A model generated the notes under the pieces. It did not search any database. It saw nothing but the letters and a program-made list of their open reading frames with translations, and was not told where the DNA came from. A program made the translations under genes and the position numbers. A DNA stretch of 63,915 nt, the filler included, from Octopus bimaculoides (taxonomy: Eukaryota), in NCBI RefSeq assembly GCF_001194135.2. It is 5 parts of 5 records of this genome, joined end to end, with 100 filler letters (N's around TTAATTAATTAA, not from the genome) between each part and the next. Parts side by side here need not be neighbours in the genome. Positions count along the whole stretch, not along the records: positions 1 to 17,723 come from NC_069002.1; 4 more parts are not named here. The stretch is one strand, 5' to 3'. Positions 1 through 12,850 of the stretch are shown piece by piece. How positions within the stretch are numbered: position 1 is the stretch's first letter; each line of letters opens with the position of its first letter.

Positions 1-60
<60 letters not shown>

Positions 61-423
61 GGTATGTATGTATGTATGTACATAGGTATATGCATATGTG
101 TGTATGTATGCATGTATTCCTGTATGTTGCAGCTACTATAATGTACACAGTGACACATATATACCTCTATATTATATATAATGCAGGAAAATACATTGTA
201 AATGCATATATTTACATATGTATAGAAGTGTGCGTGTGTGTGTGTGTGTGTATGCGTGTTTCTGTGTGTACAGGCATACATGTATAATTTTATGTATATG
301 TTTGCAGACATACATATGTATGTTTGCTTACATATCTTACACGTTTACGATTTTCTTTAATTCTATAATTTTGAAAAAAACAATTTATTATACAATTTAA
401 CATAGGTATATACATGATGTGCA

Positions 424-478
<55 letters not shown>
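1..478. repeat. (TA)n, (TATG)n and (TG)n microsatellite mosaic ending at an N gap
   Basis: Directly visible dinucleotide and tetranucleotide runs. Confidence 0.95.
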
Positions 479-1303
479 NNNNNNNNNNNNNNNNNNNNNN
501 NNNNNNNNNNNNNNNNNNNNNNNNNNNNNNNNNNNNNNNNNNNNNNNNNNNNNNNNNNNNNNNNNNNNNNNNNNNNNNNNNNNNNNNNNNNNNNNNNNNN
601 NNNNNNNNNNNNNNNNNNNNNNNNNNNNNNNNNNNNNNNNNNNNNNNNNNNNNNNNNNNNNNNNNNNNNNNNNNNNNNNNNNNNNNNNNNNNNNNNNNNN
701 NNNNNNNNNNNNNNNNNNNNNNNNNNNNNNNNNNNNNNNNNNNNNNNNNNNNNNNNNNNNNNNNNNNNNNNNNNNNNNNNNNNNNNNNNNNNNNNNNNNN
801 NNNNNNNNNNNNNNNNNNNNNNNNNNNNNNNNNNNNNNNNNNNNNNNNNNNNNNNNNNNNNNNNNNNNNNNNNNNNNNNNNNNNNNNNNNNNNNNNNNNN
901 NNNNNNNNNNNNNNNNNNNNNNNNNNNNNNNNNNNNNNNNNNNNNNNNNNNNNNNNNNNNNNNNNNNNNNNNNNNNNNNNNNNNNNNNNNNNNNNNNNNN
1001 NNNNNNNNNNNNNNNNNNNNNNNNNNNNNNNNNNNNNNNNNNNNNNNNNNNNNNNNNNNNNNNNNNNNNNNNNNNNNNNNNNNNNNNNNNNNNNNNNNNN
1101 NNNNNNNNNNNNNNNNNNNNNNNNNNNNNNNNNNNNNNNNNNNNNNNNNNNNNNNNNNNNNNNNNNNNNNNNNNNNNNNNNNNNNNNNNNNNNNNNNNNN
1201 NNNNNNNNNNNNNNNNNNNNNNNNNNNNNNNNNNNNNNNNNNNNNNNNNNNNNNNNNNNNNNNNNNNNNNNNNNNNNNNNNNNNNNNNNNNNNNNNNNNN
1301 NNN

Positions 1304-1516
1304 ATAAATTGTAAATCCAAATAACAACAAAACTACAAAGGATTCCGCGGTACACGTGTTTCAAGCTTTATATGTGTATAATATAATATGTGTATAATTT
1401 ACAATGTAAAGCTATCCTCAGCCGCACATATTATATTATACACATATAAAGCTTGAAACACGTGTACCGCGGAATCCTTTGTAGTTTTGTTGTTATTTTT
1501 TGGATTTACAATTTAT
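1304..1516. repeat. Fold-back inverted repeat: ~90-bp arms (1304-1392 / 1425-1516), 32-bp spacer; member of an interspersed family also at ~17598-17718
   Basis: ataaattgtaaatcc...caagctttatatgtgtataatataatatgtg is mirrored by cacatattatattatacacatataaagcttg...ggatttacaatttat; one 3-bp A-run indel. Confidence 0.9.
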
Positions 1517-2242
1517 TCTTTCACCGCAACCACTAGCTGGAATACACAGGTGCTTACACTTGTCAAGTATTACCTCTAAATTTCAATTTACCTATATATA
1601 TATATATATATATATAGATATATATATACATACATATATATATATATATATATTTGTATAAATATGCACATATATGCATAAATATATCGATATATGTGCA
1701 CACACATGCACACGTGCATATATACTTACATACATACATATATGCACACATATACACATGTGTGTATAGGCATCTATTATTTGTGGTTTGTAGTTTAATG
1801 ATGTACATGGATAATTCCAATTTACTGATTGCAAACGCGCCTATGAGCACCATTTATGTATGCGTTTGTATATATGTGTATGTGTGTATGCATGCATGTG
1901 TGTGTGTATACATGTATGAATATGCATGTGTCTAATATATATATGCATATATGTATGTGTGTGTGTGTATTTATGCTTATATGCTGACATATCATGGGCC
2001 AGTCATTAAATATAAGGTAAAACATGCAATTCTTAAAATCAAATCCATATCTTTTGAGCATGTTAAATTTAACGTGTTTGCTCCTTTTTTTCCAGCTGTC
2101 TCTCATAAAAAATGGAAAGATTTATATTAAAATCTGTTATTTGTATTTATTTATATATGGTAGACATGCATTACAGCCATGCTGGAATGTATGCGTGTTG
2201 ATGAGTATTTAGAGAGAGAGATGGATAGATAGATTGGTTGAT

Positions 2243-2284
<42 letters not shown>

Positions 2285-2319
2285 AATAATAAATGTGTAT
2301 ATGCATATATATGTACAGG

Positions 2320-2351
<32 letters not shown>

Positions 2352-3310
2352 AAAAACAGACAGTGTTGGAACTCTTTTAAACAAAATAATATATTCCTCT
2401 ATACACAATCATACAAAAAAACCACCTTTTTTGTATTTATTTTTACTCGCATATATATATATATATATATATAGANNNNNNNNNNNNNNNNNNNNNNNNN
2501 NNNNNNNNNNNNNNNNNNNNNNNNNNNNNNNNNNNNNNNNNNNNNNNNNNNNNNNNNNNNNNNNNNNNNNNNNNNNNNNNNNNNNNNNNNNNNNNNNNNN
2601 NNNNNNNNNNNNNNNNNNNNNNNNNNNNNNNNNNNNNNNNNNNNNNNNNNNNNNNNNNNNNNNNNNNNNNNNNNNNNNNNNNNNNNNNNNNNNNNNNNNN
2701 NNNNNNNNNNNNNNNNNNNNNNNNNNNNNNNNNNNNNNNNNNNNNNNNNNNNNNNNNNNNNNNNNNNNNNNNNNNNNNNNNNNNNNNNNNNNNNNNNNNN
2801 NNNNNNNNNNNNNNNNNNNNNNNNNNNNNNNNNNNNNNNNNNNNNNNNNNNNNNNNNNNNNNNNNNNNNNNNNNNNNNNNNNNNNNNNNNNNNNNNNNNN
2901 NNNNNNNNNNNNNNNNNNNNNNNNNNNNNNNNNNNNNNNNNNNNNNNNNNNNNNNNNNNNNNNNNNNNNNNNNNNNNNNNNNNNNNNNNNNNNNNNNNNN
3001 NNNNNNNNNNNNNNNNNNNNNNNNNNNNNNNNNNNNNNNNNNNNNNNNNNNNNNNNNNNNNNNNNNNNNNNNNNNNNNNNNNNNNNNNNNNNNNNNNNNN
3101 NNNNNNNNNNNNNNNNNNNNNNNNNNNNNNNNNNNNNNNNNNNNNNNNNNNNNNNNNNNNNNNNNNNNNNNNNNNNNNNNNNNNNNNNNNNNNNNNNNNN
3201 NNNNNNNNNNNNNNNNNNNNNNNNNNNNNNNNNNNNNNNNNNNNNNNNNNNNNNNNNNNNNNNNNNNNNNNNNNNNNNNNNNNNNNNNNNNNNNNNNNNN
3301 NNNNNNNNNN

Positions 3311-3329
<19 letters not shown>

Positions 3330-3343
<14 letters not shown>

Positions 3344-3505
3344 CCTATTTGTCTATTTATCTATCTGTTTATCAATCTATCTGTCTGTCAATCTATCTAT
3401 CTGTCTATCTGTCTGTCTGTCTCTCTATGAGTCTGTCTATCCGCCTGTCTATTTATCTCACTGTAAGCCTTCTATATATCTGTCTCTCTATATATCTATC
3501 TACCA

Positions 3506-3560
<55 letters not shown>

Positions 3561-3862
3561 CGTCAGTCTGTCTGCTTGTCTGTTTGTCTGTGTATCTATC
3601 TATCTGTTCCACAATATGTGTGTCTGTAATGTCTATCTCTCTCTCTCTCTCTCTCTCTCGCTCTGCGCGTGCATACCTACATAGGCCTACATTTATGCAT
3701 ATACGCGCACATGTAAGTGTGTATTAACACTCATATACGCATACATATTCGTACACACTCACACACACATACACAAACAAAACACACCCCTGCTCTCTCT
3801 CTTTCTCTGTCTCTCTCTCCCTCTCTCTGTCTCTCCCTCTCGCTAGATATAGATATATATAT
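3330..3862. repeat. (ATCT)n/(CTGT)n/(CT)n/(CA)n simple repeats
   Basis: Directly visible. Confidence 0.9.
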
Positions 3863-4819
3863 NNNNNNNNNNNNNNNNNNNNNNNNNNNNNNNNNNNNNN
3901 NNNNNNNNNNNNNNNNNNNNNNNNNNNNNNNNNNNNNNNNNNNNNNNNNNNNNNNNNNNNNNNNNNNNNNNNNNNNNNNNNNNNNNNNNNNNNNNNNNNN
4001 NNNNNNNNNNNNNNNNNNNNNNNNNNNNNNNNNNNNNNNNNNNNNNNNNNNNNNNNNNNNNNNNNNNNNNNNNNNNNNNNNNNNNNNNNNNNNNNNNNNN
4101 NNNNNNNNNNNNNNNNNNNNNNNNNNNNNNNNNNNNNNNNNNNNNNNNNNNNNNNNNNNNNNNNNNNNNNNNNNNNNNNNNNNNNNNNNNNNNNNNNNNN
4201 NNNNNNNNNNNNNNNNNNNNNNNNNNNNNNNNNNNNNNNNNNNNNNNNNNNNNNNNNNNNNNNNNNNNNNNNNNNNNNNNNNNNNNNNNNNNNNNNNNNN
4301 NNNNNNNNNNNNNNNNNNNNNNNNNNNNNNNNNNNNNNNNNNNNNNNNNNNNNNNNNNNNNNNNNNNNNNNNNNNNNNNNNNNNNNNNNNNNNNNNNNNN
4401 NNNNNNNNNNNNNNNNNNNNNNNNNNNNNNNNNNNNNNNNNNNNNNNNNNNNNNNNNNNNNNNNNNNNNNNNNNNNNNNNNNNNNNNNNNNNNNNNNNNN
4501 NNNNNNNNNNNNNNNNNNNNNNNNNNNNNNNNNNNNNNNNNNNNNNNNNNNNNNNNNNNNNNNNNNNNNNNNNNNNNNNNNNNNNNNNNNNNNNNNNNNN
4601 NNNNNNNNNNNNNNNNNNNNNNNNNNNNNNNNNNNNNNNNNNNNNNNNNNNNNNNNNNNNNNNNNNNNNNNNNNNNTTCTACATGCAACGGTTTTTCCTA
4701 TTACGAGAGGAGGAGGAGGAGGGCATTTTCTGTTTTGTATTTTTCTTTCGCTTTTTTCCCACGTTTTTGTTATCGAATGTTTGTGGGCGTGGCTTGAGAT
4801 TCTTTCGCTTTCACCCTCT

Positions 4820-4821
4820 TA

Positions 4822-4862
<41 letters not shown>

Positions 4863-5234
4863 TTCCCTCTCTTTCCCTGTGTTTTTACTGCTCTTTTTTT
4901 TTACTCTGTCTTTTTTTCTCTCTCACGCTTTCAACTATTCTCTCGGTTCTCTGCACACACACATACAGTCTCCCTTTCTTACTTTCTCTTTCTCTCTCTC
5001 TCTTCTTCTCCATACCCCATAAATATTTTCTCATTTACTTTTCCCCGTCGGAGCTCCCTCTCTCTCTCTCTCCCTCTATTCCTCTCTCTCCTTCTGTCTC
5101 TCTTTCACTCTTGTCATATTCCATCACACAACGTTTATTTTCCTCGCACAAACCTCTCTCACACACACTCCTCCTCCACCATCACATACCTCCACCCCCA
5201 CCAGCCCCCCACACACATTCACTCTTCTCTCTTT

Positions 5235-5273
<39 letters not shown>

Positions 5274-5290
5274 GATCTCCCTCACTTATA
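4820..5290. repeat. (CT)n-rich pyrimidine tract
   Basis: Directly visible. Confidence 0.9.
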
Positions 5291-5449
5291 TTCGCCACCA
5301 CCACCACCACCAATCTCACACCAATCTCCCTTTCCGCCCTTTTCCCCCGTCAATCTCACACACTTCGCCAGAGTAATTTTCTCCCTTCCAATCCCGACCT
5401 CTGAATAGCTTCATTGCTATTTAACCACGTAGCGATTAAATAGCACACC

Positions 5450-5588
5450 GCCATCATCATCATCGCCATCATCATCATCATCACCATCATCATCGTCATC
5501 ATCATTATCGTCATCATCATCATCGTCATCATCATCATCATCGTTATCATCATCATCATCATCATCCCCATCATCACCATCATCATCG

Positions 5589-5639
<51 letters not shown>

Positions 5640-5656
5640 CCATCATCACCATCATC

Positions 5657-5696
<40 letters not shown>

Positions 5697-6238
5697 TCAT
5701 CCCCATCATCCCCGTCGTCGTCATCGTTATAATCGTCATGAATATTGTTCACACTATCACCACCTCTACCACCACCTCTACTACCACCACCACCACCACC
5801 ACCACCATCACCACCACCAACACCACCACCACCACCAACAACACCACCACCACCATCCCAAACAACAACAACAACAACAACATTAACTACAGCAGCAGTT
5901 CCTAACATATAATCACCGCAACACATTCGCTAACGCCACCGCCGCCATTACACTAACAACAACAACTGCAACAACAACAACAGTGTTATTAGCACTACTA
6001 ACATCGTTATCACAACAGCAGCAACAACAACAGCAACAACATCCGCGATGCTATTAACACCAGCATCAACTGCAAAACGAACTATCACCACAACCAACAC
6101 CACCACCACCACCACTACTACCACCACAACTACCACCATCACCACCACCAACACCACCACCACCACCACCGCTACCACCAACAGCAAGAGCAGCAGTGCC
6201 ACCACCGACGCCTTCATCATCATCATCATCATCACTAC

Positions 6239-6272
<34 letters not shown>

Positions 6273-6900
6273 GTCATTGCAATCATCATCATTATCATCA
6301 TCAACGGAGGTAGTAGTAGCTGCCAATAAGCACGAGAGGAACACCACTGTGACAACAACAGCAACAGCATTGTAGTTGATAACCGTTACTACTACAACCA
6401 CAACAGTATCCTCACTATTACCACCACCGCCACTACCACCACCACCACAACAACAACGATAACAGCTATAACGAGTGCAGTTCTACCACCGCCACCACCA
6501 GCTCCGTCGTGACCATCACCTTCGAATAAAAAACTACATTATCGTCACCATAAGTATCGTACTAGCAGCAACCACAGCCACAACTTTAATACTACAACAG
6601 GAACAGTAACCAGAACATTAGTACAACCACCACCACCACCACCACCACCGCATGAACTACAACAAACATAGCGCTTGCACTATCGCCACAACCGCCAATA
6701 CTATATATATAACAGTAATAAAAGCGATAGCGTTAATACCATCACCACCACCGGTACCACCACCAATACTACAAAGATATATATGTAGAACTACAAGCAC
6801 TGGAGTCAACACTACAACGAGAATACGTGCGTTCAGTCGTACTACTACTACCATAACATTGTCATAACAACACTAGTACTACAACCTTGACTCTGACACT
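5450..6900. repeat. Compound trinucleotide array (CAT)n-(CAC)n-(CAA)n-(CTA)n
   Basis: Directly visible; source of the poly-D/G/M/T/V/I pseudo-ORFs. Confidence 0.9.
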
Positions 6901-7101
6901 AACACTACTTATACTATTGCCGAAACAAACAATCAGAACAACATCAATGATACAAATTATATGCAAAGACATAGACTCCATGAAATATATAACAGCGTGT
7001 GTATATATATACATAAATGCATATATGGATATATACATACATATAAATATATATATTTGAATAAATTTATGTATATATATATATATTTCTCTTCAAATAA
7101 A

Positions 7102-7312
7102 TACTCTTTTACTTGTTTCAGTCATTTGACTGCGGCGTGCTGGAGCACCACCTTTAGTCGAAGAAATCGGCCCCAGGACTTATTCTTTGTAAGCCTAGTA
7201 CATATTCTATCGGTTTTCTTTTGCGCGAATCGCTAATTAACGGAGACGTAAACATACCAACATAGATTGTCAAGAGATGATGGCAGGTGGGAAAACAAAC
7301 AGACACACAAAC

Positions 7313-7345
<33 letters not shown>

Positions 7346-7498
7346 CGACGGGCTTCTTTCAGATTCTGTCTATCAAATCCACTCACAAGGCATTGGTCGG
7401 CCCGACTATATAGTAGAAGATACTTGCTCAAAGTGCCACACAGTAAGACTGAACTCAGAACCATGTGGTTGGTAAGCAAGCGACTTACCACACAGCCA
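7102..7498 (-). mobile_element. tRNA-derived SINE family A, complete copy with internal (TA)n
   Basis: Minus-strand head TGGCTGTGTGGTAAG (A box) ... GAGTTCAGTC (B box); tail ...tgctccagcacgccgcagtcaaatgactgaaacaagtaaaaga; about 10 related copies in the window. Confidence 0.85.
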
Positions 7499-8077
7499 AC
7501 ATATATATTTGTTTATTTATGGATATGTATATATGTATATATATATATATATATGTGTGTGTGTGCGTGTGTGTGTGTGTGTATAAAAATGCTTGTGTAT
7601 ATATATATATATATATANNNNNNNNNNNNNNNNNNNNNNNNNNNNNNNNNNNNNNNNNNNNNNNNNNNNNNNNNNNNNNNNNNNNNNNNNNNNNNNNNNN
7701 NNNNNNNNNNNNNNNNNNNNNNNNNNNNNNNNNNNNNNNNNNNNNNNNNNNNNNNNNNNNNNNNNNNNNNNNNNNNNNNNNNNNNNNNNNNNNNNNNNNN
7801 NNNNNNNNNNNNNNNNNNNNNNNNNNNNNNNNNNNNNNNNNNNNNNNNNNNNNNNNNNNNNNNNNNNNNNNNNNNNNNNNNNNNNNNNNNNNNNNNNNNN
7901 NNNNNNNNNNNNNNNNNNNNNNNNNNNNNNNNNNNNNNNNNNNNNNNNNNNNNNNNNNNNNNNNNNNNNNNNNNNNNNNNNNNNNNNNNNNNNNNNNNNN
8001 NNNNNNNNNNNNNNNNNNNNNNNNNNNNNNNNNNNNNNNNNNNNNNNNNNNNNNNNNNNNNNNNNNNNNNNNNNNNN

Positions 8078-8121
<44 letters not shown>

Positions 8122-8389
8122 TATATGTATGTACATATATATATATATGTATATATATATGTATATATATATATATACATATATATGTATATATATATAT
8201 ATATATATATACATATATACATATGTATATATATATCTCATATATATACATATATATACCTATATATGTATATATATATATATATCATATATATACATAT
8301 ATATACGTATATATATATGTATATATGTGTGTGTGTGTGTATGGAGTTATTTATACATCGATAAGTATACATGTATATACATATATATA

Positions 8390-8429
<40 letters not shown>

Positions 8430-8998
8430 CACACACAGATATATATACATATGTATGTATATATACACATACGTATATATACACACACATATATATACAT
8501 ATATATATAGGTATACATATATATTTATGTACATGTATGTATGTATATATGCGTATATATACATTATTTACATTATATATNNNNNNNNNNNNNNNNNNNN
8601 NNNNNNNNNNNNNNNNNNNNNNNNNNNNNNNNNNNNNNNNNNNNNNNNNNNNNNNNNNNNNNNNNNNNNNNNNNNNNNNNNNNNNNNNNNNNNNNNNNNN
8701 NNNNNNNNNNNNNNNNNNNNNNNNNNNNNNNNNNNNNNNNNNNNNNNNNNNNNNNNNNNNNNNNNNNNNNNNNNNNNNNNNNNNNNNNNNNNNNNNNNNN
8801 NNNNNNNNNNNNNNNNNNNNNNNNNNNNNNNNNNNNNNNNNNNNNNNNNNNNNNNNNNNNNNNNNNNNNNNNNNNNNNNNNNNNNNNNNNNNNNNNNNNN
8901 NNNNNNNNNNNNNNNNNNNNNNNNNNNNNNNNNNNNNNNNNNNNNNNNNNNNNNNNNNNNNNNNNNNNNNNNNNNNNNNNNNNNNNNNNNNNNNNNNN

Positions 8999-9056
<58 letters not shown>

Positions 9057-9722
9057 GTATGTATGTATGTATGTGTGTATATAAATTTACATGTACACAT
9101 TCGAGTTCGATCCCGATGCGCAGAGATGTGCCATCATTGTACTCTTACCTTGGAGTACAGTAGGAGGCTGACATTTAAAAGGACAGAAATTTGGGGAATG
9201 CCTATAGAATACGCGGAAGAAATCGCATGATAGAACACTGTCAAACATCTGTTATTGTTATCAAAATAATCGAATCAGAATCCCGCTCCTATATTCTTAT
9301 AAAATCCGCTTAATGTTATAATACACTAATTGGTATCTACATGATTCCATATAAGTATATATGTTTGTGTTTTTGTATGTAAGTACGCATGTGTGTCTAT
9401 GTGTACGTGTGTGTGTGTGTGTATAAATGTATGTGTACATGCATGTATGTGTTATATGTATATAATTTTGTGTGTGCGTATGTACATGTATGTATAGAAT
9501 GTTTATATATGAATTTATATATGTAAGCTTTCATATTTTATTTTCCACAGCAAAATATATGCCCCTAAGTAACTGTAATTTTGGGTACATCTTTACCTAA
9601 AGAAGCATTATTTTAAGAAATTTATGAAAAATTTGTACTTATTACATCCATATTAAGTTCAGATAAGGACCTCACACACACACAATTACACACGAACACA
9701 TACGTATACACTTATATATATA

Positions 9723-9753
<31 letters not shown>

Positions 9754-10582
9754 NNNNNNNNNNNNNNNNNNNNNNNNNNNNNNNNNNNNNNNNNNNNNNN
9801 NNNNNNNNNNNNNNNNNNNNNNNNNNNNNNNNNNNNNNNNNNNNNNNNNNNNNNNNNNNNNNNNNNNNNNNNNNNNNNNNNNNNNNNNNNNNNNNNNNNN
9901 NNNNNNNNNNNNNNNNNNNNNNNNNNNNNNNNNNNNNNNNNNNNNNNNNNNNNNNNNNNNNNNNNNNNNNNNNNNNNNNNNNNNNNNNNNNNNNNNNNNN
10001 NNNNNNNNNNNNNNNNNNNNNNNNNNNNNNNNNNNNNNNNNNNNNNNNNNNNNNNNNNNNNNNNNNNNNNNNNNNNNNNNNNNNNNNNNNNNNNNNNNNN
10101 NNNNNNNNNNNNNNNNNNNNNNNNNNNNNNNNNNNNNNNNNNNNNNNNNNNNNNNNNNNNNNNNNNNNNNNNNNNNNNNNNNNNNNNNNNNNNNNNNNNN
10201 NNNNNNNNNNNNNNNNNNNNNNNNNNNNNNNNNNNNNNNNNNNNNNNNNNNNNNNNNNNNNNNNNNNNNNNNNNNNNNNNNNNNNNNNNNNNNNNNNNNN
10301 NNNNNNNNNNNNNNNNNNNNNNNNNNNNNNNNNNNNNNNNNNNNNNNNNNNNNNNNNNNNNNNNNNNNNNNNNNNNNNNNNNNNNNNNNNNNNNNNNNNN
10401 NNNNNNNNNNNNNNNNNNNNNNNNNNNNNNNNNNNNNNNNNNNNNNNNNNNNNNNNNNNNNNNNNNNNNNNNNNNNNNNNNNNNNNNNNNNNNNNNNNNN
10501 NNNNNNNNNNNNNNNNNNNNNNNNNNNNNNNNNNNNNNNNNNNNNNNNNNNNNNNNNNNNNNNNNNNNNNNNNNNNNNNNNN

Positions 10583-10621
<39 letters not shown>

Positions 10622-10926
10622 ACAAGTATGTTTGTATATCTATGTTGATGTATCTCAAACGACACAGTTGTGGTCAAGAGAGACATCAGGGTAACGCTGT
10701 TAGTAAGGGAGGGTTAGAAAGGCGAGAGGGGAGTATAAAGTGTAGCGTCGGAAAGAAATAGGAGACGCAAAGCTAAGAGAAGTTAACAGACGTTGGAATG
10801 GACAGGTAGTGGAAAATGGCAGTTGAGGGATTAGCAGTTAGCGACGGAGAAACGAAATGCTAAAAATGTAAAATGACAAAACAACATAGAAAGTGTCCTT
10901 AGAAAACGGAAAAAGTGACCAAAAAG

Positions 10927-10997
10927 CCTCTACATAGAATCGAACCCTATACCTCTCAAATTCCGACTGAGCACTCTGTACCATTGAGCTAAGAGTG
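10927..10997 (-). pseudogene. tRNA-like SINE head or tRNA pseudogene; the SINE body probably extends left to ~10680
   Basis: TAGCTCAATGG A box, GGTTCGATTC B box, CTCA/TGAG anticodon stem; acceptor and T stems imperfect. Confidence 0.6.
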
Positions 10998-11296
10998 GAA
11001 TGCATATATATATGTTTGTGTATAAATATATATATTCGCACTATATTTTCGATCTTCACTTCAGATTCATTTTAATATTGTTCTTATTTTATGTCATTTG
11101 CCTGGAAATCTTTCATTGCACATCCTGTGACCTCTTCGGCGACGACTTTCCATCGTACGTCCTGTTCCGTTTAGTCCCTATATATATATATATATATACA
11201 TATAGCCATTATTGTGGCTCCTCGGTACCACGAGCTCGGTACAATGAGCTCGTGTAACGAAATGAATATGTATGTATGTATGTATGTATGTATGTC

Positions 11297-11820
11297 TCTT
11301 TTGTATTTAATCATTTAAATTTTTCCTCTGAAGAAGAAGCTGGTTTCTAACAAAGATACAACGCTGCGTCTTTGGAATGTAGATAAAGAAAACAATATCA
11401 CATTTTAAACCTGCGAAAAGTTTTGCATACTTTTATTGTTCCACTTACAGATTGTATTTGTAATGTGTGAATCAGTTAGTTGATTTCTTTTTCTGATAAT
11501 CCAAGCTTATCCAGACTGACAGTTAGGCATTTGCTAACAAAATCTAGTGCTCCAATTATTATTGTATCAATGTAAAATTGTAATCCGAATATAGAAGCTG
11601 GAGGTTTCGAAGCAGCAGCCCGTAGTTATCTTCCTTTTCTTTCATTTTCAAAGAGATATTCGCATCAGCAGGACAGCTGAACTCTATGACAGTACATACT
11701 TATCTTGCGTGTCCCAAGCAACAATATCCAGCTTGTTATGTTTACATAACAGGCTGGTATTTGTGTATGCATTCAATAACCGGAGGATTCTTTATATATT
11801 TATTCCAGGACAGTCTTTTG
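11297..11820 (-). mobile_element. R4/Dong-like RLE non-LTR retrotransposon, 3' fragment (copy 1)
   Basis: Decayed translation KHNKLDIVAWD..KVCTVIEFSCPADANIS...IIGALDF...QIQSVSGTIK.CKTF; homologous to 44305-45290. Confidence 0.8.
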
Positions 11821-12144
11821 TATGCATGCATGTATGTATGCTGGTATGTACATTATGATTTGGCTTAGGCATAGCGACACTAATAACCTATGTTAGAACT
11901 CAATATACATATGGTTCGATATACTTCTTAGGTGAGTACAGAGCGTGATATCAATAAATGAATGACGAGAAGAATTCTATATTATTCTGGGTTCCTCTCG
12001 TTGTAGATCTGTCCAGTTATCTTAATTTATGCATTTCTGTACTCATATATACGTTAATAAGTGTGTACTGACGTATATTTATATGTCTATCTATACGAGT
12101 ATGCGTAGATGTATGTATGTTTGTATATGCGTATGTAATGCGTA

Positions 12145-12340
12145 GTGGCAAAAATGCTTAGCGGTATTTCGTTTGTCTTTACATTTTGAGTTCAAATTCC
12201 ACCGAGGTCGACTTTGCCTTCCATTCTTTCGGGATCAACGAAATAGATACCAGTCATTGTGCTGAGATCGATGAAATCAACTATCGCCCTTTCCTCCAAA
12301 TTTCAGGCCCCGTGCCAATAGAAGAGAGGATTATAAGCAT
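12145..12340 (+). mobile_element. tRNA-derived SINE family B, degenerate copy
   Basis: aaatgcttagcggtatttcg...gagttcaaattccaccgaggtcgactttgcc, shared with 17298 and 46508. Confidence 0.75.
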
Positions 12341-12619
12341 ATGCAAATACTCATGTTTATTTAAATCTGCATATTATGGGCGTGGCTTCTCACCCACAAA
12401 CCCTACATGAATATTCATTTATATATATATATGATGCATAACGAAATATGTCTCTTTGAATGCTTTTCGAAATAAACATACACTTCATTTTAATTGCTCC
12501 GAGGAAGCTATAGGATGTTGCACAAACATGCGAGTGAATCACTTTTTATAGCAGAAACAGTTGTATACACACACACACATACTACATGTATAATATATAA
12601 TATATATATGCATGTATGT

Positions 12620-12669
<50 letters not shown>

Positions 12670-12672
<3 letters not shown>

Positions 12673-12850
12673 TATATGGGTACAGGACGTCACCAACTAT
12701 GTAAACAACATGAAGTACGAAAACAAACGAGTTAAATACGCAAACAACGAGAGAGAAAAACTGGAAAACGGGACAAGTAACACAGAGAACGACCCTTCAT
12801 CAGTTGTCGGCCGTCCTTATCCACTTCTCATCTCGAGCAAATATAAAATG
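12670..12850. mobile_element. Interspersed repeat family F, abutting (TA)n; also at 52595-52790, 53171-53310, 59240-59400
   Basis: Shared caggacgtcac...gtaaacaac...gtacgaaaa...aacgacccttcatcagttgtcggc. Confidence 0.6.

Noticed and set aside
5415-5445. 10-bp hairpin tgctatttaa..ttaaatagca and GGGCGTGGC boxes at ~4785 and ~12378
   Set aside because: Too short to exceed chance in 64 kb; no supporting gene.
5356-6401. Poly-D/G/M/T/V ORFs resembling biomineral or glycine-rich proteins
   Set aside because: Pure trinucleotide repeats open on both strands, with no splice or domain context.
10927-10997. Functional tRNA gene
   Set aside because: Acceptor and T stems are imperfect, the anticodon loop is non-canonical, and it continues into a SINE-like body.
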